Origin: an uncultured Desulfatitalea sp.
GTDB lineage: Bacteria > Desulfobacterota > Desulfobacteria > Desulfobacterales > Desulfosarcinaceae
Reading direction: 5' to 3'
DNA: 64,000 nucleotides
NCBI GenBank assembly: GCA_963668675.2
Contig: CAXXMB010000002.1
Span: 3,008,001 to 3,072,000, forward strand
Positions 37,543 through 48,025 of this stretch are shown here, piece by piece. The notes under the pieces are model-generated. The model ran no database searches, was not told where the DNA came from, and saw nothing but the letters and a program-made list of their open reading frames with translations. A program made the position numbers and the translations under genes. Numbering within the stretch: position 1 is the stretch's first letter; each line of letters opens with the position of its first letter.

Positions 37543-38541
37543 TCACAGCTCCTCTTTGAGCAGGCAGCAGGCGATTTTATGCACTGGCGAGCCATCCGGC
37601 CGGTAGGAGATGTTATGGGGTTGAATCAGCTTATTCATGACACACCCTTCGGCGATGTCGAGCTTGAAAAGGTCCGATTCATTAATGGGGGCGGTTTCGA
37701 TGAGTCGGTCATTTTCGAAGCTGAGGCTGTGCAGCGGGAAATCCTCGCAAAGCGGGCAGCGGTAGACGCGGCCGTTGGGGAAGACGAAGTAGTTGTCGGC
37801 CACGCGACCGGCACATTCGAACGGTTCGTTTTTATCCAGAAACACCTTCGGATAGGTGACGCGTAAGCCTTGGGCGGCCACTTGGCGGGCCACAGGGAGC
37901 ACATTCGTTTGCCACTGGTCGTGGGTCACCTGCAGCTCTTCGGCAGGGTGCCCAACGCTGGTGGCGGATTGCCCCCTGAGTCCGATGACCTGGATGAAAA
38001 ATCGGTCGATCGGCAGCTCCTTCAACAGCATGGGTACGGCCTTCAGTTCGTCCAGATTGAGGCCGCTGACGGTATAGATCAGGCTGGTACGGAATCCTTT
38101 GTCCGCTGCCTTGCGAATGCCTTGGGTGCAGGCGTCGAAGCAGCCTTGGCCGCGAATTGGGTCGTTGGTGGCCGGGGATGCCCCATCCAGGCTAAAGCTG
38201 ATGAAGTCAACCTCTTGTGGTGTAACCCGGTCGAGGATGTCGTTAAACAGGTACCCATTGGTGTCGATGGTGATCGATCGGTAGCCCATTTTCCGGGCTG
38301 AACGGATCGCCTCGGGCAGATCCGGGTGCAGGGTGGGTTCACCGCCCAGAAAGATAAGGTCCGCCCCAGGCGAACGCCGGGACAAGGTTGCCAGCCAGGA
38401 TCGGACGGTGTCCAGGCTGAGCCGTTGGGTGCCGTGCTGTTGGGGATTGATATAGCAGTGCCGGCACTTCAGGTTGCACTGGGTCAGGATATGAAAAAAG
38501 ATATTGGCTGCGCTTTTTGCGAAACGAACGGTCGGGGCCAT
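37543..38541 (-). CDS. Radical SAM protein with a Cys-rich C-terminus
   Basis: CNLKCRHC, GGEPTL, DTNG and FSLDG, with C-terminal C...FPNGRVYRCPLC...GC...CC (twitch/SPASM-like). Confidence 0.88.
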   Translation of the reverse strand: MAPTVRFAKSAANIFFHILTQCNLKCRHCYINPQQHGTQRLSLDTVRSWLATLSRRSPGADLIFLGGEPTLHPDLPEAIRSARKMGYRSITIDTNGYLFNDILDRVTPQEVDFISFSLDGASPATNDPIRGQGCFDACTQGIRKAADKGFRTSLIYTVSGLNLDELKAVPMLLKELPIDRFFIQVIGLRGQSATSVGHPAEELQVTHDQWQTNVLPVARQVAAQGLRVTYPKVFLDKNEPFECAGRVADNYFVFPNGRVYRCPLCEDFPLHSLSFENDRLIETAPINESDLFKLDIAEGCVMNKLIQPHNISYRPDGSPVHKIACCLLKEEL

Positions 38542-39119
38542 CAGAACTTTTCAATATGCCGCTTGGGGGCGGCCACCTTTGGTTTTTCCGGTTCAGGGGG
38601 CGGTTCGGGTGCTGAATATGATCTGCTGCTTTTGGCATCCCTTTTGGCCCGGACAAGCTCTTCGTTGGTCAGGCGCAGGCGGGCTGTGATGTATTCGGCG
38701 AAGATGCGGTAGAGCAACAGCAGGAAGTCGAGCCGGGCCTCTTTTTCATCCGAAGTGGTGAGCCGGTTGCCGGCCGAAGTGTCCACCGCTAGGCAGACGG
38801 TTTGCCCCATGGCATGTACGGATGCGGATCGACTCTGGTCATCGATGATGCGCATCTCACCGAAGATTTCACCCTTTTTCGATATGACACCGATCTCTTC
38901 CCCCTCCTTGGTGATGCTGATTTTACCGGAGAGGAGAAAATAGAGCCAGGGGTCCATATCACCCTCCTGAATAATCTGCTCGCCATCCTCATACTGTCTG
39001 ATTTTGCTCAGGCGCAGCAGTTTGCCCAGGTTGCGGGTTTCGAAATGTTTCAGCGCCTGGATGCTCATGAGGCGTTGAATGTTTTCGATGTTCTCCTTAA
39101 GGTATTTGGATTCGATCAT
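38541..39119 (-). CDS. Stand-alone cyclic-nucleotide-binding domain protein
   Basis: IIQEGD..LYFLLSG and the phosphate-binding cassette GEIFGEM...RSASV. No HTH domain seen. Confidence 0.87.
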   Translation of the reverse strand: MIESKYLKENIENIQRLMSIQALKHFETRNLGKLLRLSKIRQYEDGEQIIQEGDMDPWLYFLLSGKISITKEGEEIGVISKKGEIFGEMRIIDDQSRSASVHAMGQTVCLAVDTSAGNRLTTSDEKEARLDFLLLLYRIFAEYITARLRLTNEELVRAKRDAKSSRSYSAPEPPPEPEKPKVAAPKRHIEKF

Positions 39120-39226
39120 CAAGCTTCTCCTGTGCCGCGTATACCAACGTCACCTCGCGCATTGTAGGCTGCTGCCACTCAAAAAGGCAAGCGCAAAGTC
39201 CGGGCACACCGATCATGCACCGAGCG

Positions 39227-40690
39227 TTACTGCTGATTCAGTTCCAGACAGTGTTTGGTGAGATTGTTGTCAAATGATACCGGATAGCATCCGTCGAAAC
39301 AGGCTTTACAGAAATAGTCGCCCGGATCGTCCACGCCCATGGCGCCGAGCAGCCCATCGAGGCTCAAATAGTGCAGCGTATCCAGCCCCAGGTGCTGTTC
39401 GAGGGCTTTGATCGACATTCGGGCGGCGATGAGTTCACCCTTGGTGGAGAAATCGATGCCGTAGTGGCAGGGAAAGCGATGGGGAGGCCCGGCCACCCGC
39501 AGATGGACCCGCTTGACGCCGAGCTCGCGCAGGGCGCGTACACGTGTTCGAACGGTGGTGCCGCGGATGATCGAGTCCTCGATAATGATGATATCTTTGC
39601 CTTTGAGCAGCTCTTTGATGGGGTTTAATTTTACGCGCACGCCGAAGTCGCGCATGCTCTGGGTGGGTTGGATGAAGGTACGCCCCACATAGTGGTTACG
39701 GATCATTCCCATCTCGAAAGGGATGCCCGAAGCCTCCGAATAACCCAGGGCCGCATAGGTACCAGAGTCGGGAAACGGCATGACCAGGTCTGCTTCGACC
39801 GGGCGTTCCATGGCCAGCCGTCGGCCATGGGCTTTTCTGATCTGGTAGACATTGCGCCCCAGGAGCGTGCTGTCCGGCCGGGCAAAGTAGATGTACTCGA
39901 AGATGCAGAAAGAGCTGCGCTCTGCCTTGGGCAGATGAAGACTGCGAGGCCCATTCTCGTCGATGATGACGATTTCGCCCGGATCGAGCTCCCTGATGAA
40001 TTCGGCCTGAACCAGATCGAGGGCACACGATTCGGATGCCAGCACCCAGTGCCCATTGAGTTTGCCCAGGCACAGAGGGCGAAATCCATTGGGATCCTTT
40101 ATTCCGATCACCTCGCCGCGGCTGGTCAATACCACCATGGAAAACGCCCCCTCCAGCCGCTTGGCGGCTTCGAAAAGGGCTTTATCAAAGCCCAGATTGA
40201 GGTTGCGTACGAAAAGGTGCAGAAAGATTTCACTGTCCATGGTCGTTTGGAAGATGGAGCCGTTATTTTCCAATTCGCTTTTCAAGGCATGTGCATTGAC
40301 GATATTGCCGTTGTGGCCAACAGCATAAGCCTTCTGGCTGTGCCGCACCACAAAGGGCTGGGCGTTGGCCAGCACGGAGCTGCCTGTGGTCGAGTAGCGC
40401 ACATGGCCGATGGCGCTTGGACCGGGCAGCTGATCGAACTGTTCTCTTTTGAAAACATCCGAGACCAGACCCATGTCGCGGTGCTCGTTGAGAACCCCAT
40501 TTTCCACGGCACAGATTCCGGCGCTCTCCTGGCCGCGATGTTGCAGTGCGTAGAGGCCGAAATAGCAGAGCTTGGCCGCTTCCGGGTGTCCGTATACGCC
40601 GAAAATGCCGCATGCTTCACGTGGATGGTCTTCGTCAAGCAAATCCAGTGAATCGGTATCGGCATGGTTGGCTTCAAATATCTGACTCAT
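39227..40690 (-). CDS. purF: Amidophosphoribosyltransferase
   Basis: EACGIFG, QHRGQESAG, GHVRYST, CIFEYIYFARPDS and EDSIIRGTT. Confidence 0.97.
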   Translation of the reverse strand: MSQIFEANHADTDSLDLLDEDHPREACGIFGVYGHPEAAKLCYFGLYALQHRGQESAGICAVENGVLNEHRDMGLVSDVFKREQFDQLPGPSAIGHVRYSTTGSSVLANAQPFVVRHSQKAYAVGHNGNIVNAHALKSELENNGSIFQTTMDSEIFLHLFVRNLNLGFDKALFEAAKRLEGAFSMVVLTSRGEVIGIKDPNGFRPLCLGKLNGHWVLASESCALDLVQAEFIRELDPGEIVIIDENGPRSLHLPKAERSSFCIFEYIYFARPDSTLLGRNVYQIRKAHGRRLAMERPVEADLVMPFPDSGTYAALGYSEASGIPFEMGMIRNHYVGRTFIQPTQSMRDFGVRVKLNPIKELLKGKDIIIIEDSIIRGTTVRTRVRALRELGVKRVHLRVAGPPHRFPCHYGIDFSTKGELIAARMSIKALEQHLGLDTLHYLSLDGLLGAMGVDDPGDYFCKACFDGCYPVSFDNNLTKHCLELNQQ

Positions 40691-40720
40691 GGGCTCATGG
40701 CTCCCCGTGCTTTTTTCACT

Positions 40721-43700
40721 CTATTTGTGATACTCCTGCAGGCTGCGTACGCCCAGCGTTTGTGATTTGAGCGCGGCCAAGGCTTTGCTGATGGCCAGGG
40801 CGCCGGCTGCCGTTGTAACGTAAGGGATGGCAAATTTTAATGCGGCCCGCCGGATGACGTAGCCGTCCTTGCTGGGCGTATCTCCCGAACCGGTATTGAT
40901 GACCAGGTCGATCTGGTTGTTCTTGATGGCATCCTCCACATGCGGACGCCCCTGTTCCAGTTTGTTGACCTGCTCGGCTGCGATTCCCAATTTGTTGAGA
41001 AAAGAGCAGGTGCCGGAGGTGGCCATGATGGTGTATCCCATCTGGGTAAACTCCTTGGCCACGTTGGCAATATCGGCTTTATCCGTATCCATCACGCTGA
41101 TGAATACGGTGCCTTGGGTCGGCAGTTTCTGCCCGGCGCCCAATTGCGCCTTGGCGTAGGCCGAGCCGAAATCGGAACCGATCCCCATCACTTCGCCGGT
41201 CGATTTCATTTCAGGCCCCAGAAGTGTATCCACCAATGGGAACCGATCGAACGGCAATACCGCCTCTTTGACCGACAGATGCTTGGGTATCACTTCACTG
41301 GTCAGCTTCAGCTCTTCCAGCGTCCGCCCCATCATTATTTTGGTGGCCATTTTGGCCAGAGGGACGCCTGTGGCTTTGCTGACAAAGGGGATGGTGCGTG
41401 ATGCACGCGGGTTGACCTCTATGACGAACAGCCGTTTGTCCTTGATGGCGTATTGAACATTCATGAGTCCGATCACGTTCAACTCGGCGGCCATGGCCTT
41501 GGTCGCCTGGGTGATCTCCGCGATCAACTCCTCTGAAATGCTATATGGCGGCAGTACACAGGCCGAATCGCCGGAGTGTACGCCAGCTGCCTCGATATGC
41601 TCCATGATGCCGCCGATGACGGTCATCCGGCCATCGCTGATGGCGTCCACATCCACTTCCACTGCGTTTTCCAGAAATTTATCGATCAGCACCGGGTGGC
41701 CCGGTGAGGCCTGGATGGCCAAACGGGCAAAGTTATCCAGCTCCGGTTCGGTATAGACGATTTTCATGGCACGTCCGCCGAGCACAAACGAGGGGCGCAC
41801 AATCACCGGGTAGCCGATATTGGCGGCGATCTCCCGTGCCTCGGGAATATCCAGGGCAATTCCATTGGCCGGCTGAACCAGCCCCAATTTGTGCAGCATG
41901 GCCTGGAACTGTTCCCGATCTTCCGCCCGGTCGATGCTGTCCGGATGGGTGCCCAGGATGGGGACGCCCGCTTGGGCCAAAGGTGTGGCCAGGTTCAGGG
42001 GGGTCTGCCCACCGAACTGCACGATGACCCCGAACGGCTGCTCCTTTTCGACAATATGGAGCACATCCTCCTTGGTCAGCGGTTCGAAGTAGAGTTTGTC
42101 TGACGTGTCGTAATCTGTAGAGACGGTTTCCGGGTTGGAGTTGACCATGATGCTCTCCACACCCTCTTCGCGCAAGGCGAACGAGGCGTGCACGCAGCAG
42201 TAGTCGAACTCGATTCCCTGTCCGATCCGGTTGGGGCCGCCGCCGAGAATCATCACTTTTTTGTGATCCGAAACCCTCGCTTCGCATTCGATTTCATAGG
42301 TCGAGTAGTAGTAGGGCGTGGCGGCACGAAATTCAGCGGCACAGGTGTCGACCAGTTTGTATGCCGGGCGAATACCGTTCTCTTTGCGGTGTCGTGCGAT
42401 ATGGTCAGGATCTTCACGCAACAGATGGGCGAGTTGTATGTCGGAAAACCCCCACGATTTGGCCTGCCACAGCTGTTCAGCCGAGATGGCTGCCAGACCC
42501 GCTGTGCAATCCGAACCTGCTCCCTGAGACTGCCCATATTCACTCAGGCGGCGCTCCATTTCGACGATCTGCCTGAGCTGAAACAGAAACCACGGATCGA
42601 TACCGGTGAGCTGGTAGATATCGTCAATGCTGCGACCCGCCTGCAATGCGTAACGCAGATAGAAGATGCGCTGGGAGTTGGGAGTAGCCAGTTTCCGTTC
42701 GATCTCTTCGTCAGATGGAAACGCTTCGCCCGCAGCATCAGGGTCTTTGCCGTCGGCCCCCAGTCCATGGCGCCCGATCTCCAGTGATCGCAGCCCTTTC
42801 TGGAGCGCCTCTTTGAAGGTGCGGCCGATGGCCATGGTTTCACCCACCGATTTCATGGCCGTGGTGAGCACATCGGGCGTTTCGGGAAACTTTTCGAAGG
42901 TCCAGCGCGGGATTTTGACCACACAGTAGTCGAGAGTGGGCTCGAAAGAGGCCAGCGTCTCACCGGTGATGTCGTTGGGGATCTCGTCCAGGGTATAGCC
43001 CACCGCGAGCTTGGCGGCGATTTTGGCGATGGGAAACCCGGTTGCTTTGGAGGCCAGGGCGCTCGATCTTGAGACTCGCGGGTTCATCTCCACTACGATC
43101 ATCTCACCGTTTTCGGGATCGACGGCAAACTGAACGTTGGAGCCGCCGGTATCCACACCGATCTCCCGCATGATGTCCAGTGAGGCGTTGCGCATCACCT
43201 GGTATTCGCGATCGCTCAGAGTCTGGGCCGGGGCCACGGTGATGCTGTCCCCGGTATGAACGCCCATGGGATCGAAGTTTTCGATCGAACAGATGATGAC
43301 CACGTTGTCGTTGTGGTCACGCATCACCTCCAGTTCGTACTCTTTCCAGCCGAGCACCGACTGTTCGAGCATGATCTGGCTGATCAGGCTGGCATCCAGA
43401 CCCGATTTGGCCACCACTTCGAGATCTTCAGGATTGTAGGCAACCCCTCCGCCGGTACCCCCCAAGGTAAAGCTGGGGCGGATGATCAGGGGGAATCCGA
43501 TTTCGTCGGCAACGGTGCGTGCCTCTTCCATGGTGGTGGCGAAACCGCTGTCGGGCAGTCTCAGTCCGATACGCTCCATGGCTTCACGGAACTGGTCGCG
43601 GCTTTCGGCCTTGTTAATGGCTTCGAGGGATGCACCGATCAATTCGACGCCATACTCTTCGAGCACACCCATCTCGGCCACCTTGACCGCCGTGTTCAAT

Positions 43701-43984
43701 CCGGTCTGGCCGCCCAGGGTGGGCAGCAGCGCATCGGGACGCTCGACAGCGATGATTTTGGCCACCGACTCGGGCGTCACCGGTTCGATATAGGTGCGGT
43801 CGGCCGTCTCCGGATCGGTCATGATGGTGGCCGGATTGGAGTTGACCAGAATAACGAAATAGCCCTCTTCTTTCAGGGCCTTACATGCTTGTGTGCCGGA
43901 GTAGTCGAATTCGCAGGCCTGGCCGATGATGATGGGGCCTGCGCCGATGATCAGGATTTTGTGTATGTCAGTGCGTTTGGGCAT
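40721..43984 (-). CDS. carB: Carbamoyl-phosphate synthase large subunit
   Basis: [30 protein letters not shown], duplicated ATP-grasp domains and a C-terminal MGS domain. Confidence 0.99.
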   Translation of the reverse strand: MPKRTDIHKILIIGAGPIIIGQACEFDYSGTQACKALKEEGYFVILVNSNPATIMTDPETADRTYIEPVTPESVAKIIAVERPDALLPTLGGQTGLNTAVKVAEMGVLEEYGVELIGASLEAINKAESRDQFREAMERIGLRLPDSGFATTMEEARTVADEIGFPLIIRPSFTLGGTGGGVAYNPEDLEVVAKSGLDASLISQIMLEQSVLGWKEYELEVMRDHNDNVVIICSIENFDPMGVHTGDSITVAPAQTLSDREYQVMRNASLDIMREIGVDTGGSNVQFAVDPENGEMIVVEMNPRVSRSSALASKATGFPIAKIAAKLAVGYTLDEIPNDITGETLASFEPTLDYCVVKIPRWTFEKFPETPDVLTTAMKSVGETMAIGRTFKEALQKGLRSLEIGRHGLGADGKDPDAAGEAFPSDEEIERKLATPNSQRIFYLRYALQAGRSIDDIYQLTGIDPWFLFQLRQIVEMERRLSEYGQSQGAGSDCTAGLAAISAEQLWQAKSWGFSDIQLAHLLREDPDHIARHRKENGIRPAYKLVDTCAAEFRAATPYYYSTYEIECEARVSDHKKVMILGGGPNRIGQGIEFDYCCVHASFALREEGVESIMVNSNPETVSTDYDTSDKLYFEPLTKEDVLHIVEKEQPFGVIVQFGGQTPLNLATPLAQAGVPILGTHPDSIDRAEDREQFQAMLHKLGLVQPANGIALDIPEAREIAANIGYPVIVRPSFVLGGRAMKIVYTEPELDNFARLAIQASPGHPVLIDKFLENAVEVDVDAISDGRMTVIGGIMEHIEAAGVHSGDSACVLPPYSISEELIAEITQATKAMAAELNVIGLMNVQYAIKDKRLFVIEVNPRASRTIPFVSKATGVPLAKMATKIMMGRTLEELKLTSEVIPKHLSVKEAVLPFDRFPLVDTLLGPEMKSTGEVMGIGSDFGSAYAKAQLGAGQKLPTQGTVFISVMDTDKADIANVAKEFTQMGYTIMATSGTCSFLNKLGIAAEQVNKLEQGRPHVEDAIKNNQIDLVINTGSGDTPSKDGYVIRRAALKFAIPYVTTAAGALAISKALAALKSQTLGVRSLQEYHK

Positions 43985-44062
43985 TTCGTATCGCTAAACT
44001 GTTCAGTCCTCTTGGGTCAAAACCATCTTTTCCTTCAGCCCTCACTCTTCGAACCATCCACC

Positions 44063-45205
44063 TCAACCGGCCTCATCCATCATTCGACTGAACTCGGTGA
44101 AGAGGTAGCGCGCGTCGTGCGGTCCCGGCGAAGCCTCAGGATGGTACTGCACGGCCAGAAGGGGAAGCTCCCTGTGGCGGAAACCCTCGAGCGTGTTATC
44201 GTTGAGGTTGATGTGGGTCACCTCGATTTTGGCGGCATCCAGGGAGCTCGCGTCCACCGCAAAGCCATGGTTTTGTGATGTGATCTCCACTTTACCGGTG
44301 ATCAGGTTCTTTACCGGATGGTTGATGCCGCGGTGGCCGAATTTCAATTTGTAAGTCTTGCCACCCACGGCCAATCCCAGAATCTGATGGCCCAGACAGA
44401 TGCCGAACATGGGTCGATAGCCCATAAGCGACCTGGCCGTCTCGATCCCGTATGTCACCGGTCCCGGATCGCCCGGCCCATTGGAGAGAAAGATGCCGTG
44501 GGGCGCCATCGCCTTGATCGTTTCGGCTTCGGTAAAAGCCGGTACGACCACGACCTCCAGATCATGGGACGACAGGCAACGCAGGATATTGTATTTGATA
44601 CCGAAATCGATGGCCACAACCGACCGTAAGGTCTCGCGATGTTGCCAGATGGTGTCGTTCAGGGGCGTTTTCTGAACGTCAATGGGTTCGGGCCGTCCCT
44701 CAATCCATCGGTAGGGCTGTTTACTGCTTACCGTTTTTGCCAGATCAAGTCCGGCCATGCTGGGCAGTTCGCGGGCCCGTTGAACGAGCGCCTCCTTGTC
44801 CGAAACTTCAGTCGAAATGACCGCCCGCATGGCGCCGGCATTGCGGATATGGCGCGTCAGGGCACGGGTGTCCAGCGAATCGACCCCCATGACGCCGCTG
44901 CGAACCAGATAGTCCGCCAGGCTCTCCGACGCACGATAATTGCTGTACTCGGATTGATACTCGCGAACGATAAATGCCGCCACCTGCACGCGGGCAGATT
45001 CCACATCCTCGCTATTGACGCCATAGTTGCCGATCAGCGGATAGGTCATATTGATCAGTTGGCCGCTGTAGGAGGGGTCGGTCAGCACCTCCTGGTAACC
45101 GCTCATGGCCGTATTGAAGACCACCTCGCCTCCGGTTTCACCGGGACCGGTGAATGAACGGCAATCGAACGAGCGTCCATCTTCCAGAGCTAATATGGCT
45201 TTCAT
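44063..45205 (-). CDS. carA: Carbamoyl-phosphate synthase small subunit
   Basis: GEVVFNT, SNGPGDP, GICLGHQ and QYHPEASPGP. Confidence 0.99.
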   Translation of the reverse strand: MKAILALEDGRSFDCRSFTGPGETGGEVVFNTAMSGYQEVLTDPSYSGQLINMTYPLIGNYGVNSEDVESARVQVAAFIVREYQSEYSNYRASESLADYLVRSGVMGVDSLDTRALTRHIRNAGAMRAVISTEVSDKEALVQRARELPSMAGLDLAKTVSSKQPYRWIEGRPEPIDVQKTPLNDTIWQHRETLRSVVAIDFGIKYNILRCLSSHDLEVVVVPAFTEAETIKAMAPHGIFLSNGPGDPGPVTYGIETARSLMGYRPMFGICLGHQILGLAVGGKTYKLKFGHRGINHPVKNLITGKVEITSQNHGFAVDASSLDAAKIEVTHINLNDNTLEGFRHRELPLLAVQYHPEASPGPHDARYLFTEFSRMMDEAG

Positions 45206-45473
45206 ATTCGAAAATTTCTCATGTTATCAAATAGTTATTATTTATTCGCCTCGCAGACTGCACACCCCGTGGCGTTGATACGCCCTCTCTGAGTCGGTCT
45301 ATAGCGCAACCGTTTGACGAATAGATGAAACGTGCCCCCCATAACTTATATGCGCGGGGCAAATCAACCTATATATCTCCCGTGCACCCCTCTATCAGGC
45401 TTTTTCGGATACAAAACAGCGCGTGGTTGTTCGAACCGCGCGCTTTGTGGAGAGCGTTTGCCGAAAAAAGGTC

Positions 45474-47807
45474 TTATTCCAGTGGGGCATTTTCAATCAG
45501 ATTCCATATGCCGCATGGACATGCACCGGCGCAGAAGCCGCATCCGATGCATCGATCCGCGTTGACCGCATATTCGAACTTGCCGTCCTCGGTTTCGATC
45601 CTGCTAATGGCGCTCTCCGGGCACGCGGCCACACAGATGCCGCAATCCCGGCACTGGCCGCACGATGCGCATTGGCTGCCGCAATGATCCAGGTCTTCGT
45701 AGCTGACCACCCGTGGATCGTAATACTCGAGACTGATCCGACTTATATCGATGATCGTTCGCGGATCGCTGGTCGGCCGTCTGCCGGAGGCCACATCGTC
45801 GATGATCCGGGCCGTGCGGCGCCCGGCACCTATGGCATCGGTCAACAGGCCGGGTCGGACCACGTCGCCGATGGCAAACACTTTGCGGTTTGAGGTCTGA
45901 TAGTTCTCGTCGACCTTGACGAACCCGCGTTCAACTGCGATGTCGTCCGGCAGAAAAGCCAGGTCCGGTGCGTCGCCAATGGAGATAAAAACCGAGTCGG
46001 CCGGTATGATCTCACCACTGTTCAACTGGACGCCCTTCTCGACGATGGCCTGGGTGAACACCGGCCAGCGGAATCGGGCACCGACCCGCTCGGCCTCTTC
46101 GCGCTCTTTGCCGAACGAAGCCGGCTCCTGCACGTCTAGCAGCAGGATATCCTCTGCACCCAAGCGGGCCGCTTCAGTGGCTACATCACAGCCCACATTG
46201 CCGGCACCGATGATGACCACCCGTTTGCCGACTCTGGCCCGGCCCTGCTTGGAGGCCTGCAGAAAATCAAGCGCGGTGGTCAGACGCTCACTGCCTGGAA
46301 CTGGCAGTGTGCGTGGCTTCTGGGCACCGGCCGCAACCACCACAAAATCATAATCGGCGATCAGTTGATCGGTGTCCGCCCTCTTCAGGCGTTGCTGCAG
46401 ATGCACATGGGGGATCACCTTATTGATGCGGTCGATCTCTTTATCCAGCACCTCTTTGGGGATCCGGCTCTCGGGAATGGAGCCGGCGATTTTTCCGCCC
46501 AGCCGTGCAGCCGTGTCATACACCACCGCTTCGTGGCCGTTGAGTCTCAATTGCCATGCCACCGAGATCCCTGCCGGCCCGCCGCCGATCACCGCAATCC
46601 GTTTGCCGCTCAGGGGCGGTAGTTTCGGTGTTTTGGCTTTAGCGCTGGCCTGACCCAGCTGGGTGACATCCACCGGCGCCATGAAGGCCGACTGCTTGGT
46701 GCACGATTGCATGCACAGATTAGGGCACAGATAGCCGCACACGGTGGCGGGAAAGGGCGTATAGGCCAACGCCATGTCCACCGCCTCGTCGACGCGGCCT
46801 TCACGCACCAGCCGCCAGCGCTCCTGGACCGGAATGCCGGTGGGGCAGCTGGCCTCGCAGGGTGCTTTGTACTTGTAGTTTTCCCATACCGGCACGTAGC
46901 GGCGCAGTTCCCCTCTTGTGATCAGTGGGATGGTGCTGCGGTCCAAGTTGGTGAGATCTCCCACCAATCCGCCTTTGCCTAGTGTCTCATCCCAAACCTC
47001 GCTGTGAAATGAAGCCATGGCGCGTTTGGGGCGGCCGATGCGCTCCTGGGGGGTTCGGGCTTGGAGGCACTGCCACTGTTCGCGCTGGGTCAGCAGGGTG
47101 AAGAGGAGCTCGTGCTGCTGGATACTCTCCAGAAAGGTCCTCAATCCGCCGGTCAGCCATTCCCATTGGTCATCTTCGATGGGGACCAGTTTGGCGTCGG
47201 CCTGGCTGAACCCGGCGTGGGGACCGCGGAAGAAGACTTTGCCGCCCACCATGCCCACGAGGGGTCTGTATCCGAGCACGTTTTTGGGATTCTGGGCCTC
47301 GTGGCCGCAAACGACCGCTATACCCCCGGCCATGAACTCTCCAAAATAGTCTCCCACCGAACCGAGAACCCACAATTCGGGCGGTGCGAAACGGGGGTTG
47401 GACTTTGTCATGGTCATGCCGCGGGCGCCGATATTGCCGGCAATGAAAATTTTACCTTGGGCCATGGCATTTGCCGCACCATTGCCGGCGTGACCGTGGA
47501 TGACGATCTCCGCACCGGCATTGAGCCAACCCACGTCGTCCGAAGTGGTGCCTAATACCTCAATATGGGTATTGGCAAACCCCATCGATCCCACACGCTG
47601 GCCGGCCGGGCCATCGATTTGGACGTGTACCTTATTCTCCCCGGCGTGCCACAGACGTCCGCCAATACCGTGCTGGCCGTATGCTTCTATCTTTATGCGG
47701 GTTTTGCCCTGGGCCACGGCGGCCTGTATTCTCTCTTCCAGGACCCTCGACTCGATGCGGGTTCCGTTTTCTTTGCCGGAGATGGTAAAATAGCTTTCTG
47801 AGCTCAT
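45474..47807 (-). CDS. Glutamate synthase GXGXG (GltB3-like) domain fused to a GltD-like FAD/Fe-S oxidoreductase and ferredoxin
   Basis: Gly-rich beta-helix (GQHGIGG..GQRVG..GDYFGEFMAGG), CEASCP, CGYLCPNLC, GGGPAG, GAGNVG and C-terminal ferredoxin motifs. Start moved to the ATG at 47807. Confidence 0.9.
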   Translation of the reverse strand: MSSESYFTISGKENGTRIESRVLEERIQAAVAQGKTRIKIEAYGQHGIGGRLWHAGENKVHVQIDGPAGQRVGSMGFANTHIEVLGTTSDDVGWLNAGAEIVIHGHAGNGAANAMAQGKIFIAGNIGARGMTMTKSNPRFAPPELWVLGSVGDYFGEFMAGGIAVVCGHEAQNPKNVLGYRPLVGMVGGKVFFRGPHAGFSQADAKLVPIEDDQWEWLTGGLRTFLESIQQHELLFTLLTQREQWQCLQARTPQERIGRPKRAMASFHSEVWDETLGKGGLVGDLTNLDRSTIPLITRGELRRYVPVWENYKYKAPCEASCPTGIPVQERWRLVREGRVDEAVDMALAYTPFPATVCGYLCPNLCMQSCTKQSAFMAPVDVTQLGQASAKAKTPKLPPLSGKRIAVIGGGPAGISVAWQLRLNGHEAVVYDTAARLGGKIAGSIPESRIPKEVLDKEIDRINKVIPHVHLQQRLKRADTDQLIADYDFVVVAAGAQKPRTLPVPGSERLTTALDFLQASKQGRARVGKRVVIIGAGNVGCDVATEAARLGAEDILLLDVQEPASFGKEREEAERVGARFRWPVFTQAIVEKGVQLNSGEIIPADSVFISIGDAPDLAFLPDDIAVERGFVKVDENYQTSNRKVFAIGDVVRPGLLTDAIGAGRRTARIIDDVASGRRPTSDPRTIIDISRISLEYYDPRVVSYEDLDHCGSQCASCGQCRDCGICVAACPESAISRIETEDGKFEYAVNADRCIGCGFCAGACPCGIWNLIENAPLE

Positions 47808-47832
47808 AGCTGAATCCTGTGTTAAATGAAAA

Positions 47833-48009
47833 GAAGTATGAAAGTATGAAAGTTGAAAGTATGAAAGTTGAGGTGTTCTGTCGATTTTATAATTGCTATC
47901 ATCCATCCCTCACGAGTACCCAAGTTAATTAACCTTAGGTTTACTTTTGAAGTAAATGAGGTTCCATTCCTTCACTTTGATACTTTGATACTTTCTAACC
48001 TTCCTACTT
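47833..48009. repeat. Intergenic element bounded by inverted short tandem repeats
   Basis: Five units of (G/A)AAGT(A)TG at 47833-47870 and reverse-oriented ACTTTGAT-like units at 47973-48009, around an AT-rich core. Confidence 0.7.
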
Positions 48010-48025
48010 ATTTTTATGTTCTGCT

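Noticed and set aside
45225..45237. Perfect IHF consensus (TATCAA-ATAG-TTA) upstream of carA
   Set aside because: It is a short AT-rich motif only 20 bp from the start codon and could easily arise by chance.
47808..47906. N-terminal extension QLSYFQLSYF of the 810-aa ORF
   Set aside because: It is a translation of the intergenic tandem repeat. The likely start is 47807.
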